Shown here in pieces: positions 35,710-40,653 of a DNA stretch of 40,653 bases. Each line of letters opens with the position of its first letter. Positions within the stretch are counted from its first letter, which is position 1. The position numbers and the translations under genes are program-made. A model generated the notes under the pieces. It searched no databases, had not been told where the DNA came from, and was given only the letters and a program-made list of their open reading frames with translations. The stretch covers positions 1 to 40,653 of the forward strand of contig JAJSAI010000010.1 in the NCBI GenBank assembly GCA_024274695.1, written 5' to 3'. The DNA comes from an archaeon. GTDB taxonomy: Archaea; B1Sed10-29; JAJSAI01.

Positions 35710-36177
35710 CTACAAGACTATTACCTCGTCAGCGAACTGCGAGACCGTCCTAATAACCTCCTCGTCCTCCTCCCTTTTCAGGGACATGAGTACTGTCTTA
35801 ACCCCGTAAGCCCTGACCCTCGCGGTCAGGAACTGGGAGAACTTCTCCACCGTCCTGGCCTCATTGCTTATCAGCATCGTGCTAAGAGAGTCCAGGAACA
35901 GGAAATCCTTCCCAGGAAGCACTTGGGAGAGGGTGACTCCCAGGTCGGTCAGGCCGGAGGGGGTGTTGATGAAAACACAGTCAGGAGCAGGGCCTGTCTG
36001 CACACCGCTGGCCTTGGAAATCATGTCAATAAAGAAAACGTTCTCCACCTTCACGCCCTCCTCGGAGAACTTTTTCTTCAGGTAAGAGTACGGAGCGTTA
36101 AGGGTTACGTACACCCCCCTGAGCCCAGCGTCAGTAAACTCTTTCAGCAGGAGCGTGTTCGTTTTGGTGTACTCCAT
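35710..36177 (-). CDS. Degenerate KaiC/RecA-fold protein lacking Walker A; true start probably upstream (36243 or 36252)
   Basis: GVYVT, FFID, FLDSLSTM and FADEVI motifs. Confidence 0.8.
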   Translation of the reverse strand: MEYTKTNTLLLKEFTDAGLRGVYVTLNAPYSYLKKKFSEEGVKVENVFFIDMISKASGVQTGPAPDCVFINTPSGLTDLGVTLSQVLPGKDFLFLDSLSTMLISNEARTVEKFSQFLTARVRAYGVKTVLMSLKREEDEEVIRTVSQFADEVIVL

Positions 36178-36247
36178 TGACCTGACGGTAACCAGGATGA
36201 CCCCGTTCTCCTTCTTTCTTATTATTCTCCTGACCTTCTCCAGTCCC

Positions 36248-36919
36248 TTAATCCAGCTCTACCCCCTTGGGCCCAACATCAAACCTGAACTCCACCCTCT
36301 TGGGCTTTATCCCGTTCATCCTCTTTATGAAGAGCTTGTTGTCCCTGAGTTCTATCGTGCCGTCTGTCAGGAACTCGAGCATGCTGTGCATCTCTTGAGA
36401 GAACGTTCCTTCCTCGGCGACCAAGAGCATGCACGCCCTCTTGTCCTTCACAAGGGCTATCATGGCCTGCACGAACTTTTCAACCTGCTTGTCAGTATTG
36501 TACATGAAAAGGCTTGAAAGAGAGTCAAAGCATATTCTCTCCACCCTGGCGTTTGAAAGCACGTTGTCAAGAGCTTCAAGGAATCCTGTCAGGTCCGACA
36601 GGTCAACGCCACCCTCCTTGCCGACAAGCCACGAGTAGCCGTCCACGAACCTCGCCTTCAGTTCGAGGCCCATCCCCCTTGCTATCTGCACTATCTCCTC
36701 AGGATAGTTGTTCGTGGCAATGTATATGCTGTCCTCTCCCGAGGCAGCGAACTGCACGCACAAGGCGGTCTTGCCCGACCCAGGCGGGCCTATGACGAGC
36801 ACGGCGCTGGGTATCCTCAGGCCCCCGCCAAGGGACCTGTCAAGCAAGGGCACGCCCGTGGGTAGCCTTTCCTCCTTTTTCTTTTTAGCATTCTTTTTCT
36901 TAGCGGTCTTCGCGGGCAT
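36248..36919 (-). CDS. KaiC/RAD55-family ATPase
   Basis: TGVPLLD..LGGG, GPPGSGKT, FDSLS, DG.IEL and KRM motifs. Confidence 0.92.
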   Translation of the reverse strand: MPAKTAKKKNAKKKKEERLPTGVPLLDRSLGGGLRIPSAVLVIGPPGSGKTALCVQFAASGEDSIYIATNNYPEEIVQIARGMGLELKARFVDGYSWLVGKEGGVDLSDLTGFLEALDNVLSNARVERICFDSLSSLFMYNTDKQVEKFVQAMIALVKDKRACMLLVAEEGTFSQEMHSMLEFLTDGTIELRDNKLFIKRMNGIKPKRVEFRFDVGPKGVELD

Positions 36920-36985
36920 CCGAGTAGAAAAGAAAGAGGCAACATATAAAAAGGTTGGTCAGCAAAAAAACACAGGAGCAAGAAA

Positions 36986-37062
36986 GGGAAGGTAGCTCAG
37001 ACTGGGAGAGCACACGGCTGAAGACCGTGGTGTCCCGGGTTCAAATCCCGGCCTTCCCACCA
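36986..37062 (+). tRNA. tRNA-Phe (GAA), CCA encoded
   Basis: GGGAAGG/CCTTCCC acceptor stem, CACGG-CTGAAGA-CCGTG anticodon arm, GTTCAAATC T-loop. Confidence 0.97.
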
Positions 37063-37089
37063 CCAGAAAAACGTAGGAGGCCCGCCCTG

Positions 37090-37509
37090 ATGCTGAAGAC
37101 AATCGTGTACTTCGCGCTCGTGATCGCGCTCGTTTTCCTGGTCTGGCAGTACGTTCTCCCCACTGTCAAGCCCCCTGAGCTCGTGAGCCAGGCTTCCAGT
37201 CCCGGAAGCGCTAAGGAGGCCATGGTCAAGGGGCTGAAGGACTCGTACGGCGCGTGGGTGGTGATGGAAGAGGGAGAGTACGATTTCACCGAGGGAGAAA
37301 AGTACTCAAGAGAGTCCCTGCAGGTGAGCAGTGTCTTCGGGGACATCCTGTTCTACTGCGAGCAGGGCCTGCCGTGCCAGGGCAATCCTGATCAGGCGTT
37401 CATCCGAGCAAACTTTACGGCCAGTGTGACCGTGTACTGCCCCTACCAGAAGGACCACTGCTGCGTAGGAATAGGGTACAAGCCAACAAAACTCGCGGAC
37501 GTGTGCTGA
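37090..37509 (+). CDS. Membrane-anchored Cys-containing hypothetical protein
   Basis: AGGAGG SD, ATG at 37090, N-terminal TM helix; the upstream part of the listed ORF overlaps the tRNA. Confidence 0.75.
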   Translation: MLKTIVYFALVIALVFLVWQYVLPTVKPPELVSQASSPGSAKEAMVKGLKDSYGAWVVMEEGEYDFTEGEKYSRESLQVSSVFGDILFYCEQGLPCQGNPDQAFIRANFTASVTVYCPYQKDHCCVGIGYKPTKLADVC

Positions 37510-38996
37510 TGAAAACCGCGTACATCGCGCTGTTACTGGTCGTGCTAGCACACGCGGGAGCCAGCATCCCCGCACACCATCTGGGCACGGCAGAGTACCT
37601 GCTGAAAGCCAGCGCGGAGGGGCAGGGGAAACTGAGGCTGCCTGGAAACTACTCCTGGCAGAAGGTCTACGGGAACGTTTCCGTTGACGGGAACGGAGCG
37701 TACGCGTGGCTGCAGGACGGAGGAACGGCCAGCGTTACCGTGACGGTGGACTACTCCAGCGCCAGAATAAAAGAGGACGTCCCGCTCCCGGTTGAAGGGA
37801 TGGAGTACTACACTCTCTCCAGCAAGACAATACCCCTAACCCCGGAGGTCAACGCGACCGCAGAGCTCGTGGCAGGGGACGCGGGCACAGAAGCAGAGGC
37901 GGTCGCGCGCATTTTCGAGTGGGTGGTCAACAGCATACAATCGCAAGAAGTTCAGGGATCGCCTGACGCCTCGCAGGTGATTGAACAGAAGAAGGGAGAG
38001 TGCAGGGAGAAGGCAATCGCCTTCATAGCCCTGCTAAGGGCGAGGGGGATCCCGGCGAGATACGTTTCAGGACTGCTGTATTCCAACAATCAGACCATCC
38101 TGCACGCCTGGGCGGAAGTCTATTTCCCAGGAGAAGGGTGGGTGCCCTTCGACCCTGCCCAGGCCGAAGCGGTATACCTTGACGCGGGGCACGTGAGGCT
38201 CTGGAGCGCCCTGGACCCCGCTGAAGTGCCCATAGTACGGGGACAGGATTACTCCCTAACGCTCCTGGACTACACCCAGAAGAAGGACTGTTACTCCGCG
38301 AGCGTGTCAGGCGAGAAGACAGTGTACAGGGGGAGCAAGTTCTCGTTCAACATTACCGTGGACAGCGAGTGCCCTCCCCTGATAGGAGTGTTCAGGGTAG
38401 TGTCAGGCCCGGGAATAGACGCGGGAGGCCCGTACAAGGCGTTCCCGGTTCTCCCCGGGAAAAGAGAGCGCGAGCTCACGGCCGTGCTGAAAAAAGACTC
38501 AGGAGACCTTGAACAGTTCACGCTCGTCCCAGGAGAAGGAGTGCTTAAAGTGCGCGCCGTAGGCCCTAGGATAGTGAAAGGAGGAAGGATAACCGTCCAG
38601 AGCCTTGAGAAAACAGGATCAGGCGACAGTCTTGTCCTCACTTTCTCCCTGTACAATCAGGGAGAGTCTCCCAGGACCGCGACCGTTGTCTTCAAGTCCC
38701 CTGAAGAAACCCTGTCAAAAAAGAGGGAGTTAGGTCCAGGAGAGACTGCGATAGTGCAGCAGTCATTCAAGCGGAAGGACTTCCCGTACTCAGTGGTCCT
38801 GGAAGTGCTTGACGGGGACCACGTAGTGTACACCGGCCAGGTGATGGTCCCCGCAACCGCGAGCCCAAGCGTGGAGTACGATTTCACGAGCGTGTTCCTG
38901 CTCGTGCTGGGAGCTGTCCTGTTCGCGGCCGGTCTCCTGCTGATATCACCCTACGTTGTCAAGGGCAAAAAACCGTTCGGAGGAGACGTGTTCTGA
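37509..38996 (+). CDS. Secreted transglutaminase-like (Cys-His-Asp) protein with C-terminal TM
   Basis: GECREKA, GIPARYVSG, HAWAEVY and GWVPFDP motifs. Confidence 0.92.
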   Translation: MKTAYIALLLVVLAHAGASIPAHHLGTAEYLLKASAEGQGKLRLPGNYSWQKVYGNVSVDGNGAYAWLQDGGTASVTVTVDYSSARIKEDVPLPVEGMEYYTLSSKTIPLTPEVNATAELVAGDAGTEAEAVARIFEWVVNSIQSQEVQGSPDASQVIEQKKGECREKAIAFIALLRARGIPARYVSGLLYSNNQTILHAWAEVYFPGEGWVPFDPAQAEAVYLDAGHVRLWSALDPAEVPIVRGQDYSLTLLDYTQKKDCYSASVSGEKTVYRGSKFSFNITVDSECPPLIGVFRVVSGPGIDAGGPYKAFPVLPGKRERELTAVLKKDSGDLEQFTLVPGEGVLKVRAVGPRIVKGGRITVQSLEKTGSGDSLVLTFSLYNQGESPRTATVVFKSPEETLSKKRELGPGETAIVQQSFKRKDFPYSVVLEVLDGDHVVYTGQVMVPATASPSVEYDFTSVFLLVLGAVLFAAGLLLISPYVVKGKKPFGGDVF

Positions 38997-39304
38997 GAAG
39001 AAGGGGAAGCAAGCCAAGGTGGGTCCGGAGACTCGCTCTTGATAGAATAAGAGCCCTGTTCGAGTTCGCCAGAGCAAACCTCAGGAACTCCAGAGAATAC
39101 GTGGGCCTGGCGGTCAGGATATCCAAAAAGTATAACGTGAGAATACCTTTCAGGAGAGAGTACTGCAAGAAGTGCCATGTGCTCTGGATCCCGGGGAAAA
39201 CGGTCAGGGTGAGGACCGACCGGAAGAACAAGAGGGTGGTCTACACGTGCCTTGAGTGCGGGCACAGGCAGTACTACGGTTACCACAGGAAGCGCAAGGC
39301 TTAA
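38993..39304 (+). CDS. rnp4: RNase P protein component 4 (Rpp21), probable CTG start
   Basis: LALDRIRALF, YCKKC and TCLECG zinc ribbon; the frame is open from CTG 38993 behind a GGAGG SD. Confidence 0.9.
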   Translation: MRRRGSKPRWVRRLALDRIRALFEFARANLRNSREYVGLAVRISKKYNVRIPFRREYCKKCHVLWIPGKTVRVRTDRKNKRVVYTCLECGHRQYYGYHRKRKA

Positions 39305-39338
39305 AAAAGCCTTTTCCAGAAAATGATTAGGTGAAACA

Positions 39339-39917
39339 ATGGTCTCCATACTAGAAGTTCCAGCTGACAAGCTGATAGAAAAGGTGAGCAGCAAGCTCAA
39401 GGAAATGCCGGAGATAAGCCCCCCAGCCTTTGCCATGCACGTGAAAACCGGGGTCCACAAGGAAAGAAAGCCTGACAACCCCGACTGGTGGTACGTGCGT
39501 GCGGCAAGCGTGCTCAGGAAAGTTTACCTGAACCCTGGGATCGGCGTCCAGAGGCTCAGAACATGGTACGGGGGGGCCAAGAACCTTGGAGTAGGCCCAG
39601 AACACCACAGGAAAGCCTCTGGAGCGATAATAAGAAAGATAATGCAACAGCTTGAGGCAGCGGGGCTGCTGGAGAAAAAGCAGAAGGGAAGGGCTGTTTC
39701 TCCCAAGGGAAGGTCCCTGCTGGACAAGACCGTCCTAGAACTGCTCGGAGGTAAGAAGAGTGCTACCGGAAAACAACCCGCAAAGCGAAAGTCTGGAAAA
39801 GGAACTGGAGCAAAGAAGACAACTAAAACTACTGCTAAGAAGAGCACTGGAACCAAGCGCGCTGGAAAGACTGGAAAGAGTAAGACTAGCAAACCCAAGT
39901 CTGGCGGAAAAAGCTGA
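39339..39917 (+). CDS. rps19e: 30S ribosomal protein S19e with a Lys/Thr/Gly-rich tail
   Basis: VKTG.HKE..P..PDWWY.RAAS.LRK and SG.IIRK..QQLE motifs. Confidence 0.97.
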   Translation: MVSILEVPADKLIEKVSSKLKEMPEISPPAFAMHVKTGVHKERKPDNPDWWYVRAASVLRKVYLNPGIGVQRLRTWYGGAKNLGVGPEHHRKASGAIIRKIMQQLEAAGLLEKKQKGRAVSPKGRSLLDKTVLELLGGKKSATGKQPAKRKSGKGTGAKKTTKTTAKKSTGTKRAGKTGKSKTSKPKSGGKS

Positions 39918-40032
39918 GCAGGCCGTGATACAGTACTACTACACCACAGGGACTATTGTGACAGAACAAGCCCTTATCACGCTCCTCTCAAAACTCGGGC
40001 AGAAAAGGAGAACCAGGATAATAAGAAAATGA
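39760..40032 (+). CDS. PDCD5-family DNA-binding protein
   Basis: L...LEPSA.ERL..V..ANP..A..AE motif; GGAGGT SD before the GTG; usual position after rps19e. Confidence 0.88.
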   Translation: MLPENNPQSESLEKELEQRRQLKLLLRRALEPSALERLERVRLANPSLAEKAEQAVIQYYYTTGTIVTEQALITLLSKLGQKRRTRIIRK

Positions 40033-40042
40033 GGTTATTGTT

Positions 40043-40240
40043 ATGACAAGCAAGAAAGGAGAAAACTTCAAAAAAGGCCTTATCAAGGAAGCAAGGTCTA
40101 ACAAGAGAGCCCCGGTATGGGTTTACCTGAAGACCCACGTGAGGGAGTACATAACCAGTGCAAGGAAAAGGCACTGGAGAGCAACCAACTCCAAGAAAGG
40201 AAAAAGAGTAAGGAAAAAGCTCGGAGGGGTTAAAGCATGA
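40043..40240 (+). CDS. rpl39e: 50S ribosomal protein L39e
   Basis: N.RAPVWV.LKT and RHWR motifs. Confidence 0.93.
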   Translation: MTSKKGENFKKGLIKEARSNKRAPVWVYLKTHVREYITSARKRHWRATNSKKGKRVRKKLGGVKA

Positions 40241-40632
40241 GCGAGAAAAAAGAAGCAGCAATTCAGGCGAAGACCCTGAAAAAGGCTGAAGAAAAGAAAG
40301 CAGAAGAGGAAGAGAAAAAGGCAGAGCCTGAGAAGAAGACCGCTAAGAAAAAGGCAGAAGCGAAGACCAAGAAGAAGGCTGAGGAGAAAAAGGAAGAAAG
40401 GATCATGACACTCTCGCTCAGGGACGCGTGGGCCAGCAAGAGGACCAACAGGACGAGAGCAGCCGTGAAGGTGCTCAAGAGACAGCTCAAGAGGCACGTG
40501 AAAAAAGAGGTCAAGATAGACAAGAGCCTGAACGAGCTCATCTGGGCAAGAGGAGACCAGCATCCTCCCAGGAAAGTTAGGGTAAGAGTGGTCATAGGAG
40601 CAGAGACCGCCACAGCCTATCCTGCAAAGTGA
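40237..40632 (+). CDS. rpl31e: 50S ribosomal protein L31e with a Lys/Glu/Ala-rich N-terminal extension
   Basis: ERIMT..LR, R..RA, LNE.IWARG..PP.KVRV motifs. Confidence 0.95.
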   Translation: MSEKKEAAIQAKTLKKAEEKKAEEEEKKAEPEKKTAKKKAEAKTKKKAEEKKEERIMTLSLRDAWASKRTNRTRAAVKVLKRQLKRHVKKEVKIDKSLNELIWARGDQHPPRKVRVRVVIGAETATAYPAK

Positions 40633-40639
40633 AGAGAGA

Positions 40640-40653
40640 ATGATAGAAAGGGC
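40640..40653 (+). CDS. Start of the next gene (MIER...), possibly aIF6 by synteny; truncated by the window
   Basis: ATG 7 nt after the rpl31e stop; identity inferred only from conserved operon order. Confidence 0.3.

Noticed and set aside
36955-37089. N-terminal 45 aa of the listed 184-aa ORF
   Set aside because: It overlaps tRNA-Phe; an SD-led ATG at 37090 is the better start.

Overview
Archaeal chromosomal window. The small-genome DPANN-like, probably thermophilic origin is an inference from gene content. Left to right: (1) a CRISPR array of 19 identical 30-bp repeats, cut off by the window edge, with a complete type I-A cas locus (cas2-cas1-cas4-cas8a-cas3''-cas3'-cas5-cas7-csa5, divergent csa3, cas6); (2) a decaying accessory island with deletion-scar genes, two RelE toxin-antitoxin pairs and a PD-(D/E)XK nuclease, ending at a Xer recombinase, with a 28-bp dif-like site whose right arm is repeated on the other side of one TA pair; (3) a Lys-rich four-gene operon; (4) the most striking feature, a ~1.1-kb non-coding region with an AT-rich tract, 12 same-strand GTGAG motifs and ~24 roughly helically phased TTAGTCA motifs. 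It sits between a divergent winged-helix gene and an AAA+ ATPase with a C-terminal winged helix, and is a candidate non-canonical replication origin or centromere-like module; (5) housekeeping genes: ogt, a frameshifted nucleoside phosphorylase, tRNA-iMet, a dual-guide C/D box sRNA aimed at 16S rRNA, a Ca-type P-ATPase, two surface glycoproteins sharing a GTRVTG-TM-basic tail, pcm, a COG1361/MacB-type ABC cluster, a KaiC-like triad, tRNA-Phe, a transglutaminase-like protein and the rpp21-S19e-PDCD5-L39e-L31e operon. All family calls come from motif recognition by eye; no database searches were run.
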